DNA of 64,000 nt from Camelus dromedarius. Its lineage: Eukaryota. Shown in pieces: positions 25,814 through 38,650 of this stretch; the stretch's first letter is position 1; each line of letters starts with the position of its first letter. The notes beneath the pieces were generated by a model. The model saw only the letters and a list, made by a program, of their open reading frames with translations, made no database searches and was not told the origin of the DNA. The position numbers were made by a program, and so were the translations under genes. Location of the stretch: positions 88,724,001-88,788,000 of the forward strand of contig NC_087437.1 in NCBI RefSeq assembly GCF_036321535.1. Reading direction: 5' to 3'.

Positions 25814-27004
25814 ATTTTAATCAATCCTCTTTAACCATAAACTCTGTCATTCTTAGGATGTGGAAAAAGCACTCAAGTCAGATTTCTCCCCTTTAGAGTA
25901 AAGGTGAATGAGAAATACCATTGCCACCAGAGGTCACTCTTAACCTCCCGAATCCCAGTGTACCCAGGCTACAGAAGGAATGTCCTCTTGATGCACAAAA
26001 TCAGGAGACGTTTTCTGTACCATAAAGTAGAGGACCTAAAATTCACTCTACATTTTTAACCAATCACTGTGGGCATTTCCTTAGAGTGTAAAATAGTTAA
26101 AACCAGTATTACGGACATTATTTAGTATCATTTTCCTATTGATTGTCAGGTACAGAAACTTACTTTATTCATTATAGTCTTCTCTCTTCAGCATCATCAA
26201 AAGAAAAAAAATTAAGAGATTGAGGAAACTATACTTTATTAAAGTTTAGCTTTACCTACACACCTTTGGGTATAGAGTGAGTACATAGAACCGAGGAGAA
26301 GGCTTCAGTGAGGGTAAAACACTGATGACCACTTGATCAGTGAGAGGTAATGATTCATAGAATTTGACTTAAAATAAGCTCTGCTTAAAAAAAAAAAAAG
26401 CTCTATTCAGCCTATATTTTCTTGAATATTTATTACTTAATAAAACTAAAAGCATTTACTGGGCATTATCTATAAGTTGTGTGAAATGAATAAAATATTA
26501 CTGTTTTCTGAGGTCAGAGTCTCTTGGAGAAATTATATATTTATATATTTGCAAATAGTATTTGCTTTAGTAGAGGTTTCAGCAAGGTGCTATGAGAACT
26601 CAGAAATGTACAACAAGTCATTGTAACATGTCTCTTTTCTCTCAAATTTGTTGGCTGATTTATGGCCTAGATGTCACCTTGGTGTGAACAAAAGGCTTAC
26701 ATTCTATTGGGGGAAAGTGTTAAAAGTAAAGAAGTTAATAAATTATAATTCCAAATAATTCCACCTACTAAGAAGAAACTAACACAGGGTAATGAGGTAG
26801 AGGCGGAATGGGGTATAATTGTCAGGGTCAGATAAGGCCTCTCCAGGGAGGACACAACTGGGTCCTGAAAAGGAGTTAGTTCTGTGAAGATCTGAAAGGA
26901 GACCTTTCTAGGCAGAGGACTGGATATTTAAAGAGCCCTAAAGTGGGAACGGAGGGATTTTTACAGAGATAAGAACGAATGGGGTTGATGCAGTCAAGTG
27001 GCAG

Positions 27005-27322
27005 ATTTGCGGGTTGGCGAGTCTGAAGGAATGCCCTTGCACGTGTGATGGGTGGACCTATGTAATTAACCTCTGTGCGCTGTGAACTGGGTGGATTACT
27101 CTGTTGCTGGGCGCAATCTCCTGCAGCCCTGGGAAGAGAACGCAAACGAGTCCTGGAGAGAAAACACCCTTGTAGGAGAACAGCTCCCTCCAAGGGGCTC
27201 CCCTGGGAAGACTAAGCCCTCTGCGTGCCACCTGGGGGGACGCGACGCCTCGGAACGCGCCCAGCAGTTCTAGGAGCCAGTCCAGCGCGCTGAAATGGAA
27301 GGGCACGCGAGTTAGAAGACGA
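27005..27322 (-). promoter_or_regulatory. Small CpG-rich element containing a CTCF core motif at 27225-27238
   Basis: About 19 CpGs in ~320 bp within CpG-poor DNA. The minus strand reads CCCCCAGGTGGCAC against the CTCF consensus CCASYAGRKGGCRS. Confidence 0.6.
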
Positions 27323-28827
27323 TTTTGTCCAATAGTTGAAGTGATGAAAGGTTTTAAAACTTTGAAATCATTGGGAGTGGAATTACATAAATCTACAAAA
27401 CTGATATGAGATTTTTAAAAGCATCTTAAGGAACTTAATCATGTCAAACTGATAAGGAATTTTTTTTAAGGCATCCTAAAGGATGGACTTAAACTTACCA
27501 ATCCAGTACAAGTAACTTTTAAAATTAGTTTTGAAAGATCCATAAAGAGGAATTGTTCACTAGATTAAAAAAGCTGAAGAGGGATTTTTTTTTAGAAAGA
27601 GATTACAATATAATTCGCTTTTTGTTTAGACCAGTTTCATGAACACCACCTACTGAAAACAAATTTTGTCCTTGTACTCGCCCAGGCTGCTTGCTGGGCA
27701 AGTCACTCATTTTGTCTCTCCAGGTCCTCAGTGGCTCAAAGGTGGGCTTGAGAGACAGAGGCTGCACTGGGTGGGCATACCTGGAAGACAGAGACCAGGG
27801 CCCATCTGAGTCTCTTCCCCTGGGACTGTGTGGAAGTAACTAGCCTGAATAACCCATCTGTTTCATTCACCACATAAGTTTTGGAATCAGATTGGCACAG
27901 ACTCAATTTTTTTTCCTTCACATATTTACATATGACCCTATATAAATATAAGTTATTCAACTCTCTGAAATTCACCAACATCAACAGTAAAATGAAAATA
28001 CTACATACATTACTTAATGGTTTTTCAGATTAAATAAGAGTGTGGGTCAAGTGCATAGCACAATGCCGTGGGTCCTTGCTCTCAGCAAATGATAGATTGC
28101 TGTTGTTTTTATTAATCACTTACTGATTCAAAAACTGTTCATTAACTACATTTATTACTAGGGGAGCTATATTAGAATTTGAGGATCAGGACAACAAATA
28201 GTAGAGTTTATTTGTCTAATATGTTGTATACATGTATCTAATATATTGTCTGATTTATTACATAGGGATGCATATATGATTACAAATTAGATGCTGTGTG
28301 GAAGTATGTGCAGAGAAATAACTATAATTATGATATTCATCACGAGGAAACCAAGGCCCAAAGAGAGAATGATGACTTTCCCAAGATGGCACATCTCATA
28401 GCAGAGCCAGGGTCTGATGACAGCTCTGCCCAGCCCAGCCCAGCCCTGTTGTCTTAACAACCAGCACCAACGTGCCTGGATCCTTTGGTGCAATAGAGAG
28501 TGGTTAGTTCCTGGTGGGGACTGTTGGTAAGTGTTAGGAGAGGCTTAAAGAGTGATGTCCTTTAAAGTTGGCTTTGGAAAGAAAGTTATGTGTTTATCAG
28601 TAGAGTAGGGAGGAGGGAAGATTGGGAGAATTAGTAGCAGAAAGACAAGTTAGTGTAGTCTTTTCATCAAAAGTGAAAAAGTCTAGTGTCAGGAGTAGCA
28701 ACAGCAGACAATTTTTAACTAAAATCTTTTCAATTAAAGAAAAGCAGAAAACTATTAACCTTTTAAAATCAGTTATACTGTAGCTTTACAATAAATCTTG
28801 AAATCTGGTAAAAAAAATTAAGTCAGT

Positions 28828-28972
28828 TACAAACCTATAATGAAAAAGAACATGAAAAAGAATGTATGGGGGGAGGGCTCCCATACATTGAGGAATGTAT
28901 AGCTCAAGTGGTAGAGCGCATGCTTAGCATGCGTGAGGTGCTGAGTTTAATCCCCAGTACCTCCTCCAAAAA

Positions 28973-29011
<39 letters not shown>

Positions 29012-29139
29012 ACAAACAAAAAATATTAAAAGTAAAAAGAGTTATGTATGTATACATATGACTGAAACATTATGCTGCACACTAGAAGTTGACACAACAT
29101 TGTAAACTGACTATACTTCTGACTATACTTTAAAAAAAA
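28828..29139 (+). mobile_element. Short L1 3' end with TSD, interrupted by a SINE
   Basis: 'acctataatgaaaaagaa...actgaaacattatgctgcacactagaagttgacacaacattgtaaactgactatactt'; flanked by the direct repeat aagtcagtta. Confidence 0.9.
28868..29030 (+). mobile_element. Camelid tRNA-Ala-derived SINE (vic-1 type)
   Basis: 'tagctcaagtggtagagcgcatgcttagcatgcgtgagg...aatccccagtacctcc' plus a (TAAA)n tail; degenerate TSD aaaaagaatgtatg / aaaaagagttatg. Confidence 0.9.
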
Positions 29140-30661
29140 TAAAGTCAGTTATAAAGTTATGCCCTACTCCTTTGTTAAGGACCTTGAAGGAAGGCACACA
29201 ATCAATTCTCATAAGAAAAGATAAACTCATCTTCTTTAGTAAATTAGGGAAAGAGAAGGAAGAGTTTTTTCATTAGACTTCATTTGACTCTGGTTAATAA
29301 GGACAAAAGTGGAGCTCACTTTTTTTTTTCCACTCTTAAAGTGTGCATTTTGTTGTTGGTTGGGCTTGCAAAATAAGGAATTGCTGACCAGAAAGTCAAT
29401 GTAACATGTTACATACGTTTATATTCCCAGTACTTACAGGTTATATGAAAAACGTGTGGGAAAAAGATGTGTTACTGCTACTGGTGAAAGGGAACAAAGC
29501 ATTTGTTCAAACGGTTAGTGCCCAGGATTGTGGTGCTGAAGCAAAATAATGGGAAATATTTTCCACTGGAAATAATTTCAGCATTTCTGTAACTTCTCAG
29601 TCCCTCACACACTTTCTTAATTCCTACCCATCTGGGAATCCAAGGCCAATACTTTTGATGTGACCTATTCCTTTCTCCCCTTAGATTTTTCAGGGAACAT
29701 CTTGAAAATTTCATGTCTGGGTCACTGCCACCCTCTGTTTCTATACTTCAGATGAGAAATATTACCAAAGTGTATTAATATAGCCGCTGAAATGGACCCA
29801 CTAGTATTTCATATTCTCTAATCACAGCCGGGTTCTCACTGTTCTTAACAATTCCTATTTGTTTCTGCCTAATCCTAGTCTATTTCCCAAGTTAATTCTT
29901 GCCAGATTCATCCATTGTTCTCACACACTTATTTCTTCTCAATTCTACTTCAATATCACTTCTCTTACTCCATTATTTTATTTACCAAAAACTTTTCTGA
30001 GTATGTTTCACCAGCAGCCACTCTAATGACTTATAAACTTGGTTTCCACATGTTTTCTGGCAAGTGGAGGGCAGCATCAAATAGAAAAGGGACCTGAATA
30101 TTCATTGCAGCTTCGCCCTTTCTGGACCCGAGTCACCTTTGTATGAACTGGCAATAGTAAAAATGCAGCACGTGGTTTTATTGTGAGAGTGGAATCAGAT
30201 ATAATACGTAAAGAATCTGCCATGTGCTTGGAAGAACCAAGGTGCAGAATGAACACAGAATTCTTCTCTTTCCTACTTGTTAAGATGTGTTTTCCTTCTA
30301 CTCACTACCCTAACCATTCCTGCTGGATTTCCCTTGGAGTCTCCTCCTGTGACCTTAAGGTTTTACTTATAACCTTCTCTTCATTGTTTCCTGTAATTGT
30401 ACTCATAGCCACATTTTGAAGCTTCCTTCAGTGCATATTTGTCCCAATTATATATGTTTGATTTGTCAAACCTTGGACTTGAAAATAGCTGTACTGATCA
30501 CTTGATTAAACTTTATGATTGAGATGAGAGAACTCAGTCCCAGATAAATTGAGCTACTTTTCTAGAAACAGAAGAATTAATGGTGAGAGAACCTCCATCT
30601 TCAAACTTTCGTATAATCGATCTGCCAGTTCTTTCTCCAAAGTCTCAGTGTTTCTTTCTCT

Positions 30662-30772
30662 CTTTTTTTTTTTTTTGCATCCTTTTTTTATTGATGTATA
30701 GTAAGTTTACAATGTTGTGTCAATTTCTGGTGTACAGCATAATGTTTCAGTTATACATATACATATTTGTTT
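30662..30772 (-). mobile_element. Short L1 3' end
   Basis: Poly-T followed by 'gtttacaatgttgtgtcaatttctggtgtacagcataatgtttcag', the reverse complement of the L1 tail at 29060-29115. Confidence 0.9.
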
Positions 30773-32159
30773 TCAATGTTTCATTTTAAATCACCTGGCC
30801 ATCTTACAAGAATCTTGTCTTTTTTTATAGTTAGCAAAGTGTTATACACTTACCATCTCATTATATTCACTTTGCCCTGGAGCACACTGAAGCTCAGTCA
30901 ATATAAACACTTCCCCTATTTGTATAACTCGTTACGACACAGCAGGGGTGAGACTCAAGTCTTTGACTTTTGTTGTCTGATAATTCATTTGCAAACAATC
31001 TGGCTCAAGAATCCAGGTCCACACTCTTGCCATGCTTTTTACGTGGTTTCATTACTGTTCTTAATGCCAAGGACAGTACTTCTGAATACCACTCTGTCCA
31101 GCTGCAAATTAGAAAGATTACACCAAAATCACGTGTAAATGTGTTATTAAATATTTTAAGAAGTATAGGATTACAATCCACTATTTACCCTACACACACA
31201 CACACTTTTTTTGTTTCTGTTTTGATTCATTTTATATAATATGTATCATGTCAGTTTATTTTAAATTAATGGTACCAAGTTATTCTTTTTTTCTTCTGCT
31301 TCTTTGTCAAGATTCTTTTGCAGGCAATGCAAACAAGAGTTGCTATGTGGTAAATTTTCTCAGGGATGATTTAACCACCCAATTTCCAGACACTCTCTTG
31401 TTGCACTCAGATATATCTTAATGTAAAGCAGTGACAAAGACATCTCTAGACAGGCTATTATAGGCTGGTACTAATAAAATATGGCTAACCATGGGGAGTG
31501 TGTTGGGATATTTTATGGCTAGAAGGTGATTGTATGAATTATAAGTAGTAGAACCTGGTTTCATTGTGATAGATTAAACAGCTTCAGTAAGAAATACTTT
31601 TACATCAAATATGCAGTGGAAATGTAACATTCATCAGCAGGTTCTCCATACACAGCTGCTATTATTTTCAGGGTGGAAGCTTGGAGTCATTTTCTTTGAA
31701 AACATCTTTATGCTCCACAACTGAAGTTGTGTGTACTGTATCCCCATCATCTACATTTTGATAAACGTGCTAAAATATTATGTAACTTTAGATTATTTTC
31801 CCAAGTAGATTATTATACATATGTATAAAAATATACAAATATTACTTGAATTATAATAGCATCATTAGGATTTATTATACATTTGTATTTAATATAATTA
31901 ATTAATAATTGTTAATAACTATTGTGATATTAATTATTAACTTATATTTGATATTTTAATTTTGACCAGATTTATTATTTTGACCAGATAATTTGTCTGA
32001 TTTATTATATATTAATCTATGTACTTATGAAATATATGTACATTTCATACAATGTCATGACATTCAATTCGGGAAAATTATTCTAACATATTATGGGATA
32101 TGTCAAGAAAGTAATAACATCTAGGTTCAAATATTAATTACAGAAGCACCTATACACTG

Positions 32160-32700
32160 CGTCATGGCAGCCAAAAAGGCAAATGAAGTACTCAGCTGCG
32201 TTAATGAATGGGTCCTGTTTTAAACAAGGCAGATAATAGTCCCACTGTATACAGCACATAGATCACATCTGGGTGGATGTGGCTCCAGACACCACATTTT
32301 AAGATAAATATTGGCAAACTATTCCAGGGGAAAGCGAAGAGAATGTGAAACGTTTGCTCATTAGAAATGGTAGATGGAATGGAAACTATGAAGGCTAAGG
32401 AAGCAGAAGTGCTGAGGTGAGTGGGCAGTGAGCAGGCAGGACTGAGAGTGTGATGGATCTAGTGGGCTTCAGAGGTATGAAAAACGTAATGTGAAAGAGG
32501 AATCAGCCTCATTCGTGTAGTACCAGAAGACAGAGTAGGAGCATGGGAATGGAGTGATCATTTTTGGGAATCAGATGTCAACTCAATCAAAGAAAAGAGC
32601 TGTCTGACAATTAGCGATGCCTCAAACTAGACTAGACTGCTGTGAGATACTACACTTTTATTGTTGATTAGTGTTAGGCAGAGTTTACACGACATGGACT
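32160..32700 (+). mobile_element. CR1/L3 LINE 3' relic
   Basis: 'gcagccaaaaaggcaaatg...gctgcgttaat...gataatagtcccactgtatacagc...ccacattttaaga' is the characteristic CR1 ORF2 end. Confidence 0.8.
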
Positions 32701-33154
32701 GGTGGGCTGGAGAGGACCAACATGCCCTGGATCCAGATGTAATAGACTTTTAAACTGGTGCCCATAGATTTTATATCTATTTATAAATCCTCAAAAGGCC
32801 GTATTTAAGAGCAAAAGTAGGTCGGGACAACTGTCCTAAACAGTGACATGAATCATGGCATCCATACTCTTGGCGATGATGATGATGATGAGAGAAATCG
32901 CTTGCATAGCATTTCCTAGAGGGCAGGCAATGTTTTAAGTTATTTACATAAGAGACAGGGAATACTATTTTTTACGTTTTGCAGACAAGGATAACTACAG
33001 TCCCAATTTTCTGAATTTATTTAAGGCCTTATAGCTGATAATACATAAAACCAGCTGGCAAGAGGTAAAGCTGGAAAGATGCCAATCCAGACAACCTGTT
33101 TCTAGGTCTCATGGACTTCGCTATATACTATACCTCTACAATATATACATGTAT

Positions 33155-33600
33155 AAATTAACTTTATTTTGAAGTAATTAGATTCATAGGAAGTTACAAA
33201 GATAGTACAAAGAGGTATCACATTCTTTTTAAAATTTTTCCCCAGTGCTTACATTTTATATAAGCAAAGCATATCAAAGTAAAGCATATCAAACTTATAT
33301 AAGTAAAGCACAAAGTACAGAGTTTGTATATAGTTTCTATGCCATTTTGTCACCTGTGCAGGTTCATGTAACCACCACTGTAATCAAGACACAGGTCTAG
33401 TCCATCACCCCAGGGAGCTCCCTCATGGTTCCCCCTTTGTAGACACACCTCGCCTCCACCCCTCACCATCCCTACCACCTGGCAACTACCAGCTTGTTCT
33501 CCATTTCTATAATTTCCTCATTTCAAGAATGTTTTATAAATGGAATGACACAGTAGCTGACCTTTTGTGATTGAGGTTTTTCACTCAGCATAATGCTGAA
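33155..33600 (-). mobile_element. Old L1MC/MD 3' end
   Basis: 'ttaactttattttgaagtaattagattcataggaagttacaaa...gtaaccaccactgtaatcaagacacag...tcaagaatgttttataaatggaat'. Confidence 0.8.
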
Positions 33601-36600
33601 CATGTATGTTTAATGGGGAAATTTAAACATGTTAATTGTACAATTTCTGTGGACAAAGTTCCATTTGATTTTATAATAAAGAATTTGAATATTATTTTAT
33701 AAATAACATATAGCAGAAAGTGTATGAGAATTGATACCCTTTTCTGGAATAAATATATAAAGAGCACTGGATGAAAAAAACACATTTAAATTAACTGTAG
33801 AGGAACTGGCATTTTGGTTGCATTTGTTCTGATTATCTTCTAATGATTGGCTATTTGTTTTGTATAACATCTTAAATGATCTGTTTTGTTGCCGATAAAC
33901 AGAGGAACAATTTGATGTGCTGGCGGGAAAGAATATAATTTAGCAATCAACATTCAAATTTATTTTAAATTACATTCCCAGACATAGGGAAATATTAAAA
34001 AGGAATTAAAGAGTTTTTCTCCATTAGAGCTTTAGTTAGAACCACTTCATTAAATGACAGCTTCAAAGTAAATAGGCAGGCAATTATGTATCTCGGCTAA
34101 TCACACTGGCTGGTAAAATTGTTTCTTCACTTATTTCCAGTCAGCTCCACCAAATAATGTTATCTATGAGATAATGCTTCTGACTGAAGAAAACAGAGAA
34201 GGCAACTAAGCAAACTTAATTGCCAATAACATTTACATCCAAAACATTCTGTTATAAAAGAGCTGAAAAACTCAACGTCTAATGAGATGAACACTGGGGT
34301 TTTTTTCTGTTGTTTTATTTTACTTTTTATTTCATTACATTTCATTTCATATATTTTTGGTAAAAGGAAATGCTAATACACTCTAAGCTTTCACATACAT
34401 ATACAGGAAAGTTAATCGACCCACTTCAGGAAAGGCAGCTGAGCTGACTCTGGATCGTGAGCTTTGCTCTACAACGTGGCACCGCGCTAGGCACACGTCG
34501 CCCAGGAGATGTTCGGGCAACAGAATAGGACACAGCAAAGAAAACATACAATTAAGATTTTAATTCAATTTTTCCTCTAAGTTCCGTAAGTAAAAATTTA
34601 TCTTTTTTCTCCCCCTAGAAAGTGGTAAAACATATAGCACATAAGTCATACAGCTGACTAGCAGCAGAAACAAAAAAGTGTTTTTTAAAAAATGTCATTC
34701 TAGGCAGTCCTGTTGTCGTGTTCACAGATGCCTACTTCTCTTATTTTTCAAAAGAGAATTAAGCTATTCTCCTTTGTACAAAGGCCTGAAACACATATAT
34801 CAATGCATTATGGGATGCCAGAGAAACTAATCATCCATTGGACTAACCCCATGAACGTCCAATGTGAACACAATATTTTCGTACCCATATTACAATGTAA
34901 ACAAACAAAAAACAATCAGCCAACCAACCAACAAAGAAACAAAAAGATTAAAAAAATGCTCTACACATTCACAAATGAAATAACTCTCACTTTTGTAAGT
35001 GGATTTTGTGTGTGTGTGCTTCACTTGTTAAAATCTAGCTAGCTAAAGGGAAGTACTTTTCCTTTGAATTGCGCTCAGCATTAATGCAGCTTTCACATTA
35101 GCCTGATAATGTACATAAATCATTTCTTCATATACAGTTGTAGATTATACAGTTAAACCATATGTATTCATCCATTTGTTAACCAACACATATTCACAAA
35201 GTTTTTACTATATACAGGCATTGGGAATGTAAGATAAATATTTGGTTTGTCCTCCAGAGCATATCTGACTAACAGACATACACAGGGAAAATTAACTCTA
35301 ATATAAATGTTATAAATGAAGCATTTATCAAACCAGAGTAAAGTTGCTACTACAGACAGAATGAGAAAGAATGAAAGCATCCGTAATATGGTCCCCTAAG
35401 ATGAGAGTCAAAAGTGGCCACTCAGATAATTAAGTCCAAATGCCTCGCTTTACAGGCGGAGCTTCAAAAAGTTATCACAGATAATTAGAATACATCTTGA
35501 CTAGATGCCAAAATTTAAAATATCCTGACTGCTGACTTTATAAATTTTGCTGTAAAGAGTAAGTGAAATATAATAAGAAGATAGCAAGGCATCAATAAAC
35601 GTCTGGGAAGAAGTCCGTTGCAGTGGAAACAGCATGAATTGGGGATTAAAACATACTTGGGTTAAAATTCGATCACTTCCTAAAGTGGCACTTACCATTG
35701 CTTGGTCTCACATCCCTCCTCTTTAACACAGGGGCAGTTCATTTCAATATCTTGTGATCATTTAACTATGAAGACCGATCATTTTAATAAAATTATCATT
35801 TGATAAATATATCATATTACTCATTTAATACTTGATAGAATTTTAAAGAGGAGACTTTCTGTTTGGGGGAGATAAAAACTTGATTAATGTATTGAATTTG
35901 AAGATGACATTTTTAGCAATATAGCTAAGGGGAAATTAACTTGTAGAACATGAGAAAATTTGATGATTTTGTTTTGATTTTCTGGTCTCTAAGTGGAAAT
36001 TGATCAGAGAGGAACCAACAGTGCATGAATTGAAAGACCAATGTTCACATTATTAAAAATCTCATGAGAAAGAGTATCGTAGGATTTGTTGACGTTTTGT
36101 TGTAAAGTGAACTTTTCTATAATTCCAGCCTCTTACTGTGGTGATGAATGATGTAAGTGAATAGACTTTGTTTTTGTTTTGTTTTAGTGGAAATTAAATG
36201 TGTTGTTGAGCTTTACACTGGGTTAAAGTGGAATGGAGCAGAGATAACTACATGGAAGCAGGACCCCGGGGTGGACAACATACTGATATCAAGTGGAGGA
36301 AATGGAACTTCCATAGAGCATGGAGTTGGGGGTTCAAATCAGTCATCACTCAAAGGGTCCTCAGTTGACATCAAAGTTGCATTGGATGTGAGGACTTAAT
36401 GAGATAGTGAACATAATCTCCGGGTGTGGCGGCACATTTTGGGGTGTCTGTGATGACCCCTTTTTCTCTTGGGCCTCTGACCTTAATCACTGGCTCTCTG
36501 GCCTTTGCTAGTCAAATTGGGGTTAGACTCTGACCCCAGCACACTCAGGTTTTCCTAAAAGTTTGCAATAGGAGCTAAGAGAGAGGAATTTAGTATTTAT

Positions 36601-37326
36601 GTTTCATAGAACTATTACATATGATTAGAAGTACAGATTAATCCCAACAAATGGACAAGAAGAAGGGAAATTCAGGTAGCAGAGCTGAGAAGAGGCAGCA
36701 TACTCACTAGCAAGAGCGCAAATTTTATTTCAATTAAAAGATTATATTCCCTGGTGAAAGCACTCCTTTCTTGGTGATTATGTGCATTGAGATCTCAGCA
36801 CCCAAAGTTCTGGGTACAAGGGGCAAGTTATCTGAGTGCTTTATTAGAGGCAACAGTGAGAGGAGCCAGCCCCATCCTCTTCCACTCTTTGCTTCCCAGA
36901 TCTGTTTATTCTGGCTTTGGAAGAAACAGCTCCATTCATTGTTTATAGGATTGAAATAATGTTCAAAGCTTATTTTGCCTCCTATAGGACAACAGCCCGA
37001 ACTCACAAGTGTTCTTTTAACTGGTTCCATAATTGAGTCTTCACCAGGAATTCTGACATTCCATAAGGGAGCTATTTTGGGATGACAAGACACATAGTAG
37101 AATTGGAAAACCCATTTGCCTCACTTATTTTGCAGAAAAATGAGTTCCTCAGACAGAGACTATGGATGGGATATGATAATCACGAGTAAGGCAATGGATG
37201 GTGATGCTGGAAGGGGTAATAGTGACTAGGCAGGCATACCCATGTCCAGAGCATGTGTGTAATAAATACCTTGGAGACAAAATTTTGTAATCTCCTGGGT
37301 GTGAGGATTCCAGTGTAATCACGCTG

Positions 37327-37340
37327 CCTGCAGGTGGCAG
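37327..37340 (+). promoter_or_regulatory. CTCF core motif
   Basis: CCTGCAGGTGGCAG matches 13 of 14 positions of CCASYAGRKGGCRS. Sequence match only. Confidence 0.45.
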
Positions 37341-38199
37341 ATCCATCCATTGGAGAATAGAGCCACATTAGGAGCTTAGCCTTAACTTCTGCTGTTGCAG
37401 ATTGGAAATACAGCAGGAGCAGTATTCAGATAAGGCTTGCTATGGGGAACATCATATTGTTGAGCATATAATTTTATTTTTGTTCATAACTTTTATAATC
37501 TTGTGAATATGGACACTTTTCCCTATGAACCGTGGCAATAGTGGCTGAGTGATACCCTCAGAACCGATCATATCGTCTGTGTGAATATTAAGCCCCTCCT
37601 CTGTAATCAGTGACTTTACTGAGCATTGGTAAATCTAAATGAAGTTTTTTTATGTTTTTATTTTTTTTTTAACCAATCATGGCAGGGAACTTACCAAGAG
37701 ATTCAGGTTGAGAGAGATGGGACAATGCAGGAGCAGCAGTTGCCAGGAGACCCTGAACCAAATATGTTTCCTTGTGCTCTCAGAGACTGGAAATAAACTT
37801 ACCTAACTCCACTTGTGATTGGAGTGCTTCTCAGCATGCCACACCCCACTTTGTGATTTGGGGAGTCAGGTCACAACAGTTCACAATCAGGTCACGTGTT
37901 CACTTGGTCTTTCAGAACAGGTGCTGGGTCTCTATCCAAGCCCACTAGCAAGCCCAGGAGCTGTTTCTCAAAGGGGAAGCTTTTGTGTGTCCTAACACAT
38001 AGCTGCCATCCAAAAAATCTGGGGGTCTGAATCATAATCCCCCTTTCAGGGATTCTCCAATGGTCCATCAGCGTTCGTCCCTGCAATAGACCTTCAGAGC
38101 ACTGTTGCATCTGCTGAATAGGGCGGGTCATGAAGCCCAAGCAAGAAAGCACTTCACTCCGTACCTACCAGCTTCAGAACTTTTGACTGCTCTGGTCCT

Positions 38200-38650
38200 G
38201 GAGTAGTTCTGTACCGTGTAACAAATCACCACACACTTAGTGTCCTAAAATGAAAAATTATCTTTACAGGTCTGTGAGTCAGAAATCCAGCATGGCTCGT
38301 CAGGGCTGTGTTTCTTTCAGGTGGTTCTAGAGGAGGCATTTTCTTGCCGGTTCTCGCTACTCAAGGTCCCCCGGATTCCTTGTCTTGTGACCTTGTTCCT
38401 TTACCTTTAAATCCAGCAGTGCTGCATCTCTCCATCTTTCCATAGTCACATCTCCTTCTCTTACAACATCTGGGGAAAGCTCTCTGCTTTTAAGAATCCA
38501 TGTGATTGGATTGGGCCCACCTGGATAATACAGACCACCCTCCCCAACTCAAGGTCCTCAACTTAATCGTATCATTGTAGTCTCTTTTGCCAAGTAATAT
38601 ATATTCACAGGTTCCAGAGGATATGGGCATCTACGGAGGGTCATCACTGT
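38200..38650 (-). mobile_element. MLT1C/D-type LTR inserted in ERV-L pol
   Basis: 'gtaacaaatcaccacacacttagtg...tgtgattggattgggcccacctggataat'. ERV-L pol sequence continues on both sides. Confidence 0.85.

Noticed and set aside
27705..27750. Possible 18-nt micro-exon (ctctccag|GTCCTCAGTGGCTCAAAG|gtgggc)
   Set aside because: The donor is weak and there are no partner exons; it cannot be supported without RNA data.
37680..37890. Apparent plus-strand LTR (AATAAA...CAACA)
   Set aside because: The minus strand continues colinearly as ERV-L pol sequence.
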